From positions 96,001-160,000 of the IMG/VR virus record IMGVR_UViG_3300028888_000044: 64,000 bases of DNA; one strand, written 5' to 3'. Below, piece after piece: positions 39,337 through 49,953 of the stretch. The stretch comes from a virus (Duplodnaviria > Heunggongvirae > Uroviricota > Caudoviricetes). Position numbers and translations under genes: made by a program. Numbering within the stretch: the first letter of the stretch is position 1; the number at the start of each line of letters is the position of its first letter. The notes under the pieces were generated by a model. The model saw only the letters and a list, made by a program, of their open reading frames with translations, was not told the origin of the DNA and did not search any database.

Positions 39337-42300
39337 ATGAATAACGCGCAAGATTATTCAAAAGTATTATATGTAGAACCAAATTACAATACAAATGCTG
39401 AAGAAAAAATTAATACTCCATATTATTTACACGATATGGAGGATTACTGCATATATGTAGATTTGGAGGTTGAGATATTCGATAGGAATATAGAAGGGTT
39501 GAATGGTAGCCATACTTTGCTCTTCAGTTGGAAGACAAACAAGGATGGAAACGAAACAGCTTCATTCTTATCTGGTTCAAAAATAAGATATGGCGGCAAA
39601 GATGGGGACAAGGGGTTCCAAGTATTGACAACAAATTTTCTCAATACGCATTATGATGATGTTGTTGAAGCAAACACTGAAAAACAATCTCAAAACCCAG
39701 AGCTATTTGGTATAAAGTCGATTGATATTGATTACAATAATTATGCAGTTCCTCAAGTTCAGATTGTGTTTACTGATGTAAGAGGCGCATCGTTATTTGG
39801 ACCAGAAGAGCATAGACACCATAAGACACAAAACGGTATTGGTGGCTTTGCTGATGATGATATTGCAGGTTCTTTCTTCAAGTGTTTTTTCACTTTCCCT
39901 TACCCTAAATTCACGTTGATGGTGAAAGGTTTTTACGGACAAGGAGTTTCATATCAGCTTACTTGTTCCAAATTCACTACAAAATTCGACAGTAAGAATG
40001 GTAACTTTGATGCTACGGCAGAGTTTGTTGGTTATTCATATTCACTTTTGAATGACATAACTTTAAATGCTGTTCTTGCCGCCCCATTGTCAGATTACGT
40101 TGGAATGAAGTATTGGCTCGATAGGGGTGGCTCGTTGAGCAGCGAGGAAGTTGGAGAAGATAATATTGAGGCAAGTGACAACCAAAGCGATGCATTTACA
40201 ATCATAGATGCAAATGGAGAAAAGATAAAGATGCCTACATTGAATAGGATTCTGTCACTTATGGATGACTTGGTATCAGCAAAGCAAGCCGATATGGAAA
40301 ACAACCGCGATGTATATCAAGCAGCCAACAACAATACCGAATTGCTGCATCAGTTAAACAATATAATGCAAGTATATGACGGATTGTGTGCCGCAATAAT
40401 GGAAAGCCTCAAGGACAATCCGTTGGTTTATACAGAAACACTTACAAGTGACGGTTCTTCGTGTGATGTTGTAGGAAGCCATATAGTAGGTATCGTGGCA
40501 TTCACAAAGAGCGACAACACAAATCCTATGGATGTGGTAAATGTAAATTTTGCGCCATATAACCACCAGATAGAAAGTTACAGCAACGGTTTGCCTTCAA
40601 ATGTCCCACGACTAAAGGAGGCGAAGGTTTGGTCAGAGGTATTGGACAATACACCAAGAATAAAGAACGATGCCCCTTTGAAGAACTTTAAGGACATAAA
40701 GCTACAGATAGGTAAAGCCATTGCTGATTTTCCAAACAAATTTAAGGATTTGAATGGAAATGTATCTCAGAATGCATATGTGTTTGATGGAACGTATTTC
40801 TGTCAACAAATGAATATGATTATGCAGAGTCTGACAAATGACAAGATTAGTGCCGAGTTAGCAATAGCTGAATATGATAGCAAGATAATGCAGTCTGTCC
40901 TTGGATTCACACCGACGGTCTCTAACATAATGTCTATCATTCTTGCGCATCTTGAGACACTGTTGCATATCATCTATACAGCCACAGAAGAGGTGGATAA
41001 TATCAATAACACACCAGAGTATAGAAAGCTTTCCGAATTCGGAATTTCAACGGCAGAACTGACTGGTTTGGATATTGGAGCTGACGAGAAAGTTCCAGCT
41101 TGGCCGAGAATTGTAACCAAGGAACCTATTACAAACAAATGGTACAATGGATGGATTGGGGATTTCCCACACAATGGAAACATACAACCAGAAGCAAATG
41201 CTGTTAATGGTTTGCTTAATGGTATAAGATATATTCAAGCATCGATAGACAATGCTGCCCAAGCGTTAAATACGAATGAGGGTACTAATGTTGTTACTTA
41301 TTGCAAGTCAAGGGTTGCATATCCTTTGGTTCCATCTGATATTGTTGAAGAAGAAAATCCTTTTGGCTATAGCTTTTTCAACACAGATTATACTGTAGAG
41401 GATGCAGTAAGCAATATGGAGTCAAATATGTTTGTTCGTATGTGCAATTTGTTCTTGGTTGACAATGTAAGACCGTATAATGATAATGGCAAATATCAAT
41501 CAACCAATATAAAGGATGATTTGGTCACTCAAATGGGACGTATTGATGCCGTTAACTTTTATAGCATATACAAACAGCATTTTTCTAATGATTTCAAGAA
41601 TCATATAATAAGTGTTGACTTCAATGCAGATAGATTTTTTGAGGACTTTAAAAAGCCTAATTACTATTGGAGTGATTTTGATTCAGAAAGCAGATATACA
41701 CTATGCGACATTAGGAATCCTCAAGCACCAATGTCTGTATTCAATGTTTGGTTCGGAAATGAAAAAATAAACAAGAATTTAGTACGTAACGGCGCATCTA
41801 TTTCATTTATGCTGACTTATGGTAGGGCAAGCCATACTAACAGGTATTACTATGACAGTGAAAATGACGAGGGCAATGATAAAGTTATCTATATCAAAGA
41901 GAATATAAGATACTTGGATAATCTTGATTCTTGCTTCAATGTGTCTGCGCTTAACTTGGAACATGGAAATGACGATACATCAACGTACACTAACCTATTC
42001 AATGAGATGTTTGATGAGAATTGTCATTATAACGGTTCAAGGATTTATGGCGAACAGTTCTCATATTCAAACAGTAATGATAGACACGCAACATATGAGA
42101 GGAATTTTTGCTATAAATGGACTGTTAGTGATGAGACAATTAAGCTGTTGCCACATAAGAACAACGGCATAATCCCTCTTGCCCCACGAAGCAAGACTGA
42201 AGCCGAATCTGATTCAGTTATTCCAGTAAGGGGCGGTTGGTTCACATCAGACATTGACAATGACGAAAGAGAGGTACAAGTTATTGAAGATGGCAAGGAG

Positions 42301-45300
42301 AAGACAATATCAATTGAAAGGAAAAAGGCTGATAATGATGACCTTGAAAAGCTTGTCAATTGTGAAAATATTGAAAATACTGATGTAACAGAAGAATTTG
42401 GATTTATTGTTCCTACAGTTCAATACTATAATGAGGGCGATTGGTATTCTGTTGTTGGTACTATACCATCAACTGGTGTTACATTGTTTTCTTCACCAAT
42501 ATATTATGCTTGCAGCAATCCTATTGGTAGGGCAATGCTGTTCTTGGATAATATGAGGATGCACGATGTGAACAAGTTCATAGATGTTCTTACAAGCGAT
42601 TCAAAGGATGGTAGTTCTGCTTTCGTATATACAACAAAGGTAAATGCATTACTTTTAGGTGCATATCTTTATTACAAAGAACATACTGATATGTTTGATA
42701 GTATAAAATATTATCAAGAAGAAGGAATCGGTATTCATGTAGTGCGTACAGATTTGGAAAGAGAATTACATAACGAATATGATAAACTCACCAATGAAGG
42801 GGATACTAGTAAAAGACTACATAATTGTGGTGACTTGAATAGTAAGATTGATAAGCTACACGAAGGTACGAAGGCAAGATTTGTAAAGTATTTCCTTGAT
42901 TGGGTAGAGTCTGACTTTCCAAAATATCAGAATGCTTTTGAGCTTAAGAGTAAGAGCACAAATTCATCTTTGACCGCAAAGGAATGCAAGCAATTCCTTG
43001 AATATGCGAAGAACGGAAACGAATGGCAGCTTAACAGTTTGGTTGAATCAAATTTCAACAGCAATTATGTATCAATAAACACTAAAGGCGGTATATTCTT
43101 TAGGGAAAATACTGAAATAGTAAAGAAACTGACAAATTTCACTGTTCAGCCTATTCTGATTATAAAGAATTATTTCAATTCGACCAATGTCGAAATGAAC
43201 AGATTTGACAATGTTGCTAAAACAATGACTGATGGTGATTTCTCTTGTTATGTAAGAGGATTCGTGGCAAAAATGAAGGATTTGGTTCAAAATGATTTGG
43301 TTGATGAAAGGACATTCACGCCAATATCAGCAGTAAAAGAACCCGATACTACAAAGGATATTCAGATTGCACTGTACAAGTACCTTAAGATTCTTCACGA
43401 CAAGTGGCTTGGTGCTACAAGTTTCGACACTTGGAAGATGGAGCATTTCTTCAAGGAGCATTTTGCTTTTATAGATTCATATTATTATGATATTGGTGAT
43501 AAGGTGATTGTCAACCCAATAGATATGTGCAAACTTATCTGTCGTTCAGAAGCCCAACGTAAATTCTCACTTATATCTTTCATTACAACAATGCTACAAG
43601 AGAATAACTTGGCATTTATGTGTGTACAGAACTTTTTGAAGCTGAAGACAACTGATTATGATAATAGTGGTAAGATGTATGTTGATGCTATGCAAGATAT
43701 GTTTAAGCCAGTTGCATTTCTTGATATGAAGAAATTTGATGAAAACCCTTATTTCGTCACAATATACAAGAGTGAACCTTCAACGAGCTTGAATATCAAA
43801 GGTTCGATGTATGTAGATGATTCTTTTATGTTGAATTATGGTGATTCATCTTTATGGCCAGAGGCAATTCACAGCAAGAGCAATGAGAATGGTTATCCAA
43901 TACCAGCATTTGGAGTTACCTATGGTAGTCAATATCAAAGCTATTTCACTGATGTGAACGTTGGAATGGATAGTGCTATGGTTACTGAACAGTCGTTGCA
44001 AGCACAATACATACTTGCAAGTATGAACAGTAAAACTGGTGGCGAAAGGGTTAATGACAAAGAAAACGGCACATCCGTGTTTGCTGTAGGTCAAGACTTG
44101 TATACAATATATGCGAATAATTCATATACTTGCACTGTTACAATGATGGGTTGTGCTTGGGTGCAACCGTTGATGTATTTCGTGTTGTTGAATATTCCAA
44201 TGTTCAGAGGTTCATATCTTATTGAGAAGGTGAAGCATTCTATTACACCAGGCAATATGGTTACTACATTCACTGGTGTAAGAATGGCAAATACACTTAC
44301 ACCATTTGTAAAGAGTCCTTTCTATTTGAAGGGTGATACATTGGATGGGACATATGCCGAACAGTATTACAAGGAGGCAAGATGTGCAAGCATTGACAAT
44401 AACTGTAAGTATGCTTGCTATCCAATTGGTTTAACGGCTTCGAATGGAGGTTTTGAAGAATCAATACTTGTCGAACCTAAGGGGTTCCAAAAGCATGGTG
44501 CAGCAGAAAACGACAATTTCAAGACACGTTATGACACTTTATTGGAGGCTTTGACTTGTACTGTTATTGCCGAATGCGGCACTAGTGACCAATTAGCAAT
44601 TGAGCTTGTTGCTACAGTATTGTTCAATAGGGTCAAGAACAAGGGTGATTTCCATATATTTGTGCCGAAGCAGATAGCTTATGACAAATATGACTCTCGT
44701 AATCATCCATCTGAATATGACAAGGTTTTACCTATAGTCAAGAATATATTCGTTAATACACCTATTGTTATTGTCGGTAAGACTACAAATGTAATCAATA
44801 GTGTAACGATATATGAAAATAATGAAAAGACAGAAGCAAAGACATCTCCAGTTACTATAACCAAAGAAATGGTACAGAAAATGTATATGTACTGTTCAAG
44901 GCAAGGGTATGATGAAAGCAATCCAAATACTGGTGAGGATTATCATCCAAATCCAAAGTTGGAAAAGACACCTTCTATGTGGAGGAAGCAGAAGTACTTA
45001 TGCCACCATGACCATAGCAATGTATATGGACACGTATTTACTAGTGGTGATGGGAACAAGACATATTGGGAATATGATGGAAATGCTAAAAAGAACATCA
45101 ATGATGCTGAAGACAATGGAATATCTGTCTTGGGTAATAGACTTATTACGGCATTGAATCAGACCATACAAGCGACAGACAGACTAACTTGTGTTGCAAG
45201 CGGTGTTTCTCTTGAAAATACTGACCCTAATCTTTTCTTGATTAAGTGTGATATTGTAGAGCAAGGCGCAAGTGTGTTCGATATTTTGTTGAACACTTAT

Positions 45301-46233
45301 TCCAATTACATAAGCGGAATCGGTTGGGTTTGCAACGACGTAAATAGTGTATCGTCAAAACAATATCCAGACGCTGTTTTGGTTATGGTTACAGATGGTA
45401 CGGCTATTGCAAGGGATGTTGCTATTTACACTTATTCTGATAGCACAATAAAACGAATTGAATCAATTGGAGACTTTGTAAATGATGCGTTCTTCAAGAG
45501 CTTGAGCAAGATGTATCCAGTTGCTGCTGTAAACGGTTTGAACAATTTAAAAAGGGACTGCAAACAGCTTGCTGGTTTGAGTGATGATGATATAAAGAAA
45601 CTGTTCTCTAAAGTTGATATTATACCTTGTACAAGTGTTATGCCTAAACCAAACGTAAATTTTGCTTCAAAGCCGTTTACACCTTCTTCCCCAAGGATTG
45701 GAAAGAATTGGGAAGAGGTTATTGGTGGTGGATTGGTTGAATGCGGATGTAACAAGTCAAAGGAAGAACAGATGGCTATAATGACAGATTTGTTTGGAGG
45801 TTCGTTCCCTTCTTCACCATATGGAATGAAGCAGTATCTTGCAGAATTCGAGGTTCCTTGTATGGGTACAGTACGAAAGGTATGGCTTCACAAGAAATTA
45901 GGACCAGATATTGTAAAGGCATTTACCGAATTGAGAGATAATGGCTTTATGGTTAGTGATGTCGGAAGCTATTGTTGGAGATATATAAACAACCCAAGGC
46001 TTAAAGGCTCTAATATCATGAGCAAGCATTCATATGGTATTGCAATTGACATAAATCCGTTGAAAAACCCATTCTTTAGAAGTGCCGAATCATATAGCGG
46101 TGTCGATGATGATGCCAACGGAGTGATAAGGACAGTAAACAGCCTAGCTGTTAAGATTCTTAAGAAATACGGTTGGGGTTGGGGAGGAAAGTATGGTGAC
46201 ACTATGCATTTCTCTTACTTGAACGGTTCTTAA
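39337..46233 (+). CDS. Large baseplate hub protein with C-terminal cell-wall hydrolase domains
   Basis: Hub-like GSYLIEKVKHSI...TTFTG; SleB-like VIAE...VATVLFNR; C-terminal peptidase M15-like SKHSYGIAIDINP...WGG...DTMHF. Confidence 0.75.
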   Translation: MNNAQDYSKVLYVEPNYNTNAEEKINTPYYLHDMEDYCIYVDLEVEIFDRNIEGLNGSHTLLFSWKTNKDGNETASFLSGSKIRYGGKDGDKGFQVLTTNFLNTHYDDVVEANTEKQSQNPELFGIKSIDIDYNNYAVPQVQIVFTDVRGASLFGPEEHRHHKTQNGIGGFADDDIAGSFFKCFFTFPYPKFTLMVKGFYGQGVSYQLTCSKFTTKFDSKNGNFDATAEFVGYSYSLLNDITLNAVLAAPLSDYVGMKYWLDRGGSLSSEEVGEDNIEASDNQSDAFTIIDANGEKIKMPTLNRILSLMDDLVSAKQADMENNRDVYQAANNNTELLHQLNNIMQVYDGLCAAIMESLKDNPLVYTETLTSDGSSCDVVGSHIVGIVAFTKSDNTNPMDVVNVNFAPYNHQIESYSNGLPSNVPRLKEAKVWSEVLDNTPRIKNDAPLKNFKDIKLQIGKAIADFPNKFKDLNGNVSQNAYVFDGTYFCQQMNMIMQSLTNDKISAELAIAEYDSKIMQSVLGFTPTVSNIMSIILAHLETLLHIIYTATEEVDNINNTPEYRKLSEFGISTAELTGLDIGADEKVPAWPRIVTKEPITNKWYNGWIGDFPHNGNIQPEANAVNGLLNGIRYIQASIDNAAQALNTNEGTNVVTYCKSRVAYPLVPSDIVEEENPFGYSFFNTDYTVEDAVSNMESNMFVRMCNLFLVDNVRPYNDNGKYQSTNIKDDLVTQMGRIDAVNFYSIYKQHFSNDFKNHIISVDFNADRFFEDFKKPNYYWSDFDSESRYTLCDIRNPQAPMSVFNVWFGNEKINKNLVRNGASISFMLTYGRASHTNRYYYDSENDEGNDKVIYIKENIRYLDNLDSCFNVSALNLEHGNDDTSTYTNLFNEMFDENCHYNGSRIYGEQFSYSNSNDRHATYERNFCYKWTVSDETIKLLPHKNNGIIPLAPRSKTEAESDSVIPVRGGWFTSDIDNDEREVQVIEDGKEKTISIERKKADNDDLEKLVNCENIENTDVTEEFGFIVPTVQYYNEGDWYSVVGTIPSTGVTLFSSPIYYACSNPIGRAMLFLDNMRMHDVNKFIDVLTSDSKDGSSAFVYTTKVNALLLGAYLYYKEHTDMFDSIKYYQEEGIGIHVVRTDLERELHNEYDKLTNEGDTSKRLHNCGDLNSKIDKLHEGTKARFVKYFLDWVESDFPKYQNAFELKSKSTNSSLTAKECKQFLEYAKNGNEWQLNSLVESNFNSNYVSINTKGGIFFRENTEIVKKLTNFTVQPILIIKNYFNSTNVEMNRFDNVAKTMTDGDFSCYVRGFVAKMKDLVQNDLVDERTFTPISAVKEPDTTKDIQIALYKYLKILHDKWLGATSFDTWKMEHFFKEHFAFIDSYYYDIGDKVIVNPIDMCKLICRSEAQRKFSLISFITTMLQENNLAFMCVQNFLKLKTTDYDNSGKMYVDAMQDMFKPVAFLDMKKFDENPYFVTIYKSEPSTSLNIKGSMYVDDSFMLNYGDSSLWPEAIHSKSNENGYPIPAFGVTYGSQYQSYFTDVNVGMDSAMVTEQSLQAQYILASMNSKTGGERVNDKENGTSVFAVGQDLYTIYANNSYTCTVTMMGCAWVQPLMYFVLLNIPMFRGSYLIEKVKHSITPGNMVTTFTGVRMANTLTPFVKSPFYLKGDTLDGTYAEQYYKEARCASIDNNCKYACYPIGLTASNGGFEESILVEPKGFQKHGAAENDNFKTRYDTLLEALTCTVIAECGTSDQLAIELVATVLFNRVKNKGDFHIFVPKQIAYDKYDSRNHPSEYDKVLPIVKNIFVNTPIVIVGKTTNVINSVTIYENNEKTEAKTSPVTITKEMVQKMYMYCSRQGYDESNPNTGEDYHPNPKLEKTPSMWRKQKYLCHHDHSNVYGHVFTSGDGNKTYWEYDGNAKKNINDAEDNGISVLGNRLITALNQTIQATDRLTCVASGVSLENTDPNLFLIKCDIVEQGASVFDILLNTYSNYISGIGWVCNDVNSVSSKQYPDAVLVMVTDGTAIARDVAIYTYSDSTIKRIESIGDFVNDAFFKSLSKMYPVAAVNGLNNLKRDCKQLAGLSDDDIKKLFSKVDIIPCTSVMPKPNVNFASKPFTPSSPRIGKNWEEVIGGGLVECGCNKSKEEQMAIMTDLFGGSFPSSPYGMKQYLAEFEVPCMGTVRKVWLHKKLGPDIVKAFTELRDNGFMVSDVGSYCWRYINNPRLKGSNIMSKHSYGIAIDINPLKNPFFRSAESYSGVDDDANGVIRTVNSLAVKILKKYGWGWGGKYGDTMHFSYLNGS

Positions 46234-46280
46234 TTTCTGTTTTTTCCAAAAAAATTATATACTCATTAAAATTTCAATAT

Positions 46281-46883
46281 ATGAATTATCTTGGGTATAT
46301 ATTTTCGAAAGGCAAGGTTAAGTTGAATTGCAGCTTTATAAAGGTTGTCAAAGATTTTTCTTTGGTTGAGTTAGACAAGCCTTGTTTGATATGTGGTTTA
46401 TCCGAAGCTAAGGAAATTGCTTCGGATAAATTTTCTATTTTGAACAAGAAGATTAGTGATAATCTTTATTGGACTTTCGGAAGAACTGAAAAAAGGGACG
46501 AGCATGAAAAGGACATTGCTTCTTTCTGTAATTCTGTATTCAACGAATATGTTGGTACAATAAGGTATATGTACTTGAATGTAATGAATATTAGCTACAG
46601 TATAGCAAAAAGACTTCTGAATTTTGTATTTTCTTCGAAAAAGAAGTATATTTATATATGGAACGAGATGGTTTATATCTCTTGCAACAACAAGACTGTT
46701 GTCGGAATATCTATTAAGATATGCAGATATTGCGGCATAGACATTATGAAGCTTATGGAATCTGTTTCAAGCAACGAATATAATGTAATAATCGATGATG
46801 ACAGACAGATACCATACAATATACTAAAGGTTGTAAAAGACAAGAGGTTTGCCGTTCCATTTATATTACAATTGAAGGATTAG
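46281..46883 (+). CDS. Hypothetical protein
   Basis: 200-aa ORF ending in TAG. Confidence 0.65.
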   Translation: MNYLGYIFSKGKVKLNCSFIKVVKDFSLVELDKPCLICGLSEAKEIASDKFSILNKKISDNLYWTFGRTEKRDEHEKDIASFCNSVFNEYVGTIRYMYLNVMNISYSIAKRLLNFVFSSKKKYIYIWNEMVYISCNNKTVVGISIKICRYCGIDIMKLMESVSSNEYNVIIDDDRQIPYNILKVVKDKRFAVPFILQLKD

Positions 46884-46886
46884 AAA

Positions 46887-47273
46887 ATGGAAAAGAAGGA
46901 AGTATTAGTTGGTAAATTTGTAAAGAAAAACAACATCTTGACTTATCTTGAAGGCATACACAACAAGTACGATGTCAAGTACGGCAATTTGTTTGTTTAT
47001 ACAGTAGATGGTAACAAGTCTGAATATTTGGTTACATTCAAGATATGCTCTGACAAGAAGGTAATAAAGAATGATATTGTCGGTAGTATGATATTACACT
47101 ACAAGAAGGGGTGTATATTCTCGATAAATGCTCTAAACAGCTTGACTGGAAACGAAAACAATGAGACTGTTGATTGGTCGAAATATAATGGCAAACTAAT
47201 ACTTATGTCAAATGGTAACATAAATGTAAAGATTGTTACTAAAATAGATGATAAGACTCTTTTTTTCAATTAA
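46887..47273 (+). CDS. Hypothetical protein
   Basis: 128-aa ORF containing LHYKK...FSINALN. Confidence 0.65.
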   Translation: MEKKEVLVGKFVKKNNILTYLEGIHNKYDVKYGNLFVYTVDGNKSEYLVTFKICSDKKVIKNDIVGSMILHYKKGCIFSINALNSLTGNENNETVDWSKYNGKLILMSNGNINVKIVTKIDDKTLFFN

Positions 47274-47298
47274 TAAGATATTTATATAAAAATATGTT

Positions 47299-47577
47299 AT
47301 GAGATTTGTAAATAAAAAAGTAGCTAAAAGGAAACCATATCTGTTGTCACGTCACACGGTTAGCAAGAGTGTGGAAGCTGTTATTACAGATAAGATTGAA
47401 GAAAATAATGATAAAAAAGAAAAAGTTATGACTACTCAAGAAAAGATTAACGCAGCAAGTGAAATTTTAGCTTCACAACCTGTTAAGAAAATAAAGAAGG
47501 ACAAGGGGCTTATTGAACGTACAGAAAGTTCCAAGACTATTTTGACTGAAGACAACAAAGAATTACTTACTGATTAA
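47299..47577 (+). CDS. Small basic hypothetical protein
   Basis: 92-aa ORF behind TATTTATA at 47279. Confidence 0.6.
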   Translation: MRFVNKKVAKRKPYLLSRHTVSKSVEAVITDKIEENNDKKEKVMTTQEKINAASEILASQPVKKIKKDKGLIERTESSKTILTEDNKELLTD

Positions 47578-47588
47578 GAAACAACAAA

Positions 47589-48506
47589 ATGAACAAGGAA
47601 TATCTAAAGGAAAACGGTTTATATGAGGCACACAAGCAATTTATGCGTTTGTGTGAATGGTCATATTATAACCATACTCCGCTTGAGGAAGATGATACCC
47701 AAGATGACCAAAACCAGATGGGTGGTAATGACCCAATGGGAGGCGGTAACGACCCAATGGGAGGTGGCAACGCTCCTATGGGTGGCGGTAATAACCAAAT
47801 GGGTGGTGGCGCTGACCAAATGGGTGGAGGCAACGACCCTATGGGAGGCGGTAACGACCCTATGGCTGGTGGTAATGACCCTATGGCTGGTGGTAATGAC
47901 CCAATGGGAGGCGGTAGCGACCCTATGGGTGGAGGTAGTGACCCAATGGGAGGTGGTGATGACCAAATGGATGGCGGTGATGACCCAATGATGGGAGATG
48001 ACCCTATGATGGGAGATGAAGAAGACCCAATGGGTGATGAAGAGGAAGAGGACGAGGAAGTGCTTGATATAGATGACTTGACTGATGCCCAAGAGAAGGT
48101 TAATGACAAGGTTAACCATGTAGGTAGGAATCTTGGTACAATTGACAAGACAATTACAAAGCTCATGAGTACAATAAACAAGATGGAGGATATGATAAAC
48201 AACACAAATTCCAAGATTGAGTCCTTGAATCAAGAGTTCCAAAAGAGGGTTAAGACACCTACAGAAAAGTTGAATCTGCGTTCACTTGATTCATATCCAT
48301 TTAATGTAAAGCCTACTGATTATTGGGATAAGTTTGCTGAAGAAAACCCAAACTATGAAATAGGTGAGAGAAATGATGCTCCTACTGGTCAAGACGAATA
48401 TGTAATCAAGCAAAAGGATATTAGCGATAGGAATGACAGAGACATTGAGCATAGCTTCATTGATGATGAAATGAGGCAAGACATCAATAAGATTTTTGGT
48501 ATTTAA
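47589..48506 (+). CDS. Gly/Met-repeat acidic coiled-coil protein (possible prohead core/scaffold-like)
   Basis: MGGGNDP heptads, a D/E tract, a coiled coil and LxE sites. Confidence 0.55.
   Translation: MNKEYLKENGLYEAHKQFMRLCEWSYYNHTPLEEDDTQDDQNQMGGNDPMGGGNDPMGGGNAPMGGGNNQMGGGADQMGGGNDPMGGGNDPMAGGNDPMAGGNDPMGGGSDPMGGGSDPMGGGDDQMDGGDDPMMGDDPMMGDEEDPMGDEEEEDEEVLDIDDLTDAQEKVNDKVNHVGRNLGTIDKTITKLMSTINKMEDMINNTNSKIESLNQEFQKRVKTPTEKLNLRSLDSYPFNVKPTDYWDKFAEENPNYEIGERNDAPTGQDEYVIKQKDISDRNDRDIEHSFIDDEMRQDINKIFGI
47718..47990 (+). repeat. 21-bp coding tandem repeat (MGGGNDP, about 13 units)
   Basis: In-frame units of the form atgggNggNggNaaYgacccW with synonymous variation. Confidence 0.9.
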
Positions 48507-48513
48507 TTAAAAT

Positions 48514-48552
48514 AAAAATGGCAATAGTTTTACTACTATTGCTATTTTTTTT
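48514..48552 (+). terminator. Rho-independent terminator
   Basis: aaaaatggcaatagt / actattgctattttttt. Confidence 0.75.
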
Positions 48553-48581
48553 ATATAATAACATTATAAATATATTTTATA

Positions 48582-48866
48582 ATGGAATTAATTTTTAAAT
48601 TGTTATTCTGTCATTTATTTGGAGATTATGTATTACAAAATAACTTTATAGCTAGTACTAAAGGATATAACTGGTATCATCTGTTTGTACACTGTTTTTT
48701 GTACGCGCTGCCTTTTTATGTTGTGTTCGGAATGTGTTGGCAATTGTATGTTATTATTGCCACACATTTGATTGTTGACGCAGCCAAAGCAAGATATAAT
48801 TCAATTACATATACACAAGACCAAATTATTCATTATCTGACAATGGTGATATTTTTTATAGAATAG
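48582..48866 (+). CDS. DUF3307-like small membrane protein
   Basis: HLFGDYVLQ, HxxxY, HxxVDxxK and DQxxH, with hydrophobic helices. Confidence 0.75.
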   Translation: MELIFKLLFCHLFGDYVLQNNFIASTKGYNWYHLFVHCFLYALPFYVVFGMCWQLYVIIATHLIVDAAKARYNSITYTQDQIIHYLTMVIFFIE

Positions 48867-49032
48867 CACCATTATTTTCGTATATTTTTATGTGACGAAA
48901 TATTTATAATAAATGGCAATTTTGTTGCTGTTTTATTTATTTATTTTGTTTTTTTTATATAAAATTAACACTGGTAAGACGATTTTTAATTTTTTACTTT
49001 ACAATAATTTTTTTTTAAATTTTTTATTTTTT

Positions 49033-49953
49033 ATGTCTAATTTTGAATCAAACATTACACCAGATGATGTTATTGAGCAGTTGAACAATGCTGCAAAACC
49101 AAAGAATTTTGTTTCTTTTGACCCAAAGAATTACTTGAACACCAAATTAGAGAACGGTGAATCTAGCAAAACTATCACTATTAGGCTTCTTCCTATAAAC
49201 AAGGATGGAGGTTTTCCTTTTCAAAAAGTTCATATGCATACAATTAAGGTAAACAAAGAGGTTTCTCCAAGCGGTTGGAAGACATTGCCATGTCCTATCC
49301 AAAACGAGCTTGGTGACACTTGCCCATTCTGTGAGGTATCAAACCAAGCGTATGAAATGAAGAAAAAGGCAACAAACGACTCTGAAAAGAAGAAGTACGA
49401 TGAAATCAATATGCACAACAGAGCAAGGACAATGTATGTTGTAAGGTGCATAGAACGTGACCACGAGAATGATGGTGTTAAGTTTTGGCTTATGTCAGGC
49501 GCAAAGGAAGGCCCTTATGAGAAGATTATGAAGCTTTGGTCAGCTCGTTACAAGCAAGGATTGAAGATGAACCAAAATCTGAATATTTTTGACTTGAACA
49601 ATGGATACGATTTGGAGGTTACTATCAGCAAAGGTACTGATGGAAAGAACGTTTATTCAGTTGTAGACTCAAAGTTTGCCTCTCCATTGACAAATGATTT
49701 CGAGCTTGGAAACAAGTGGATTAATGATGAAAAGAAGTGGTCTGACGTATATAAGGTCAAGCCTTATGATTATATGTCTATTCTTCTTGACGGTGATGTG
49801 CCTTATTTCAATAAGGAAAAGAATTGTTATGTTGGAAAGCTTGCGGAAAGTAATGGTAATCAAGAAGAGGAAACTCAAGATGATGACCCAGAACCAATTG
49901 AGTTTCCTCCTTATTCTGCACCTTCAACAGAAGACACTGACCTTCCATATTAA
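49033..49953 (+). CDS. Single-stranded DNA-binding protein (T4 gp32-like)
   Basis: Probable start is the ATG at 49033. IRLLP...PF...H...CP...CPFC, and an acidic tail ending DLPY. Confidence 0.75.
   Translation: MSNFESNITPDDVIEQLNNAAKPKNFVSFDPKNYLNTKLENGESSKTITIRLLPINKDGGFPFQKVHMHTIKVNKEVSPSGWKTLPCPIQNELGDTCPFCEVSNQAYEMKKKATNDSEKKKYDEINMHNRARTMYVVRCIERDHENDGVKFWLMSGAKEGPYEKIMKLWSARYKQGLKMNQNLNIFDLNNGYDLEVTISKGTDGKNVYSVVDSKFASPLTNDFELGNKWINDEKKWSDVYKVKPYDYMSILLDGDVPYFNKEKNCYVGKLAESNGNQEEETQDDDPEPIEFPPYSAPSTEDTDLPY

Noticed and set aside
14047-46233. Bacterial eCIS/tailocin locus (multiple sheaths, LysM, hub)
   Set aside because: It is contiguous with a phage replication module (gp32-like SSB, UvsX-like, gp41-like, NrdD) and neck genes, with no host housekeeping context.
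47718-47990. CRISPR array or non-coding tandem repeat
   Set aside because: There are no spacers; the 21-bp units are in frame with synonymous variation inside a CDS. The same applies to 1370-1630.
47661-48242. Antisense or alternate-frame repeat ORFs (PPIGSLP, HWVITT) and other short shadow ORFs in the track
   Set aside because: They are by-products of stop-free repeats and of the codon bias of the real genes, with no independent promoter or motif support.
48913-49032. Hydrophobic N-terminal signal or TM segment on the SSB (similarly 35200-35274 and 20644-20685)
   Set aside because: These are translations of T-rich intergenic, hairpin or promoter DNA. Downstream ATGs (49033, 35275, 20686) are more plausible starts.
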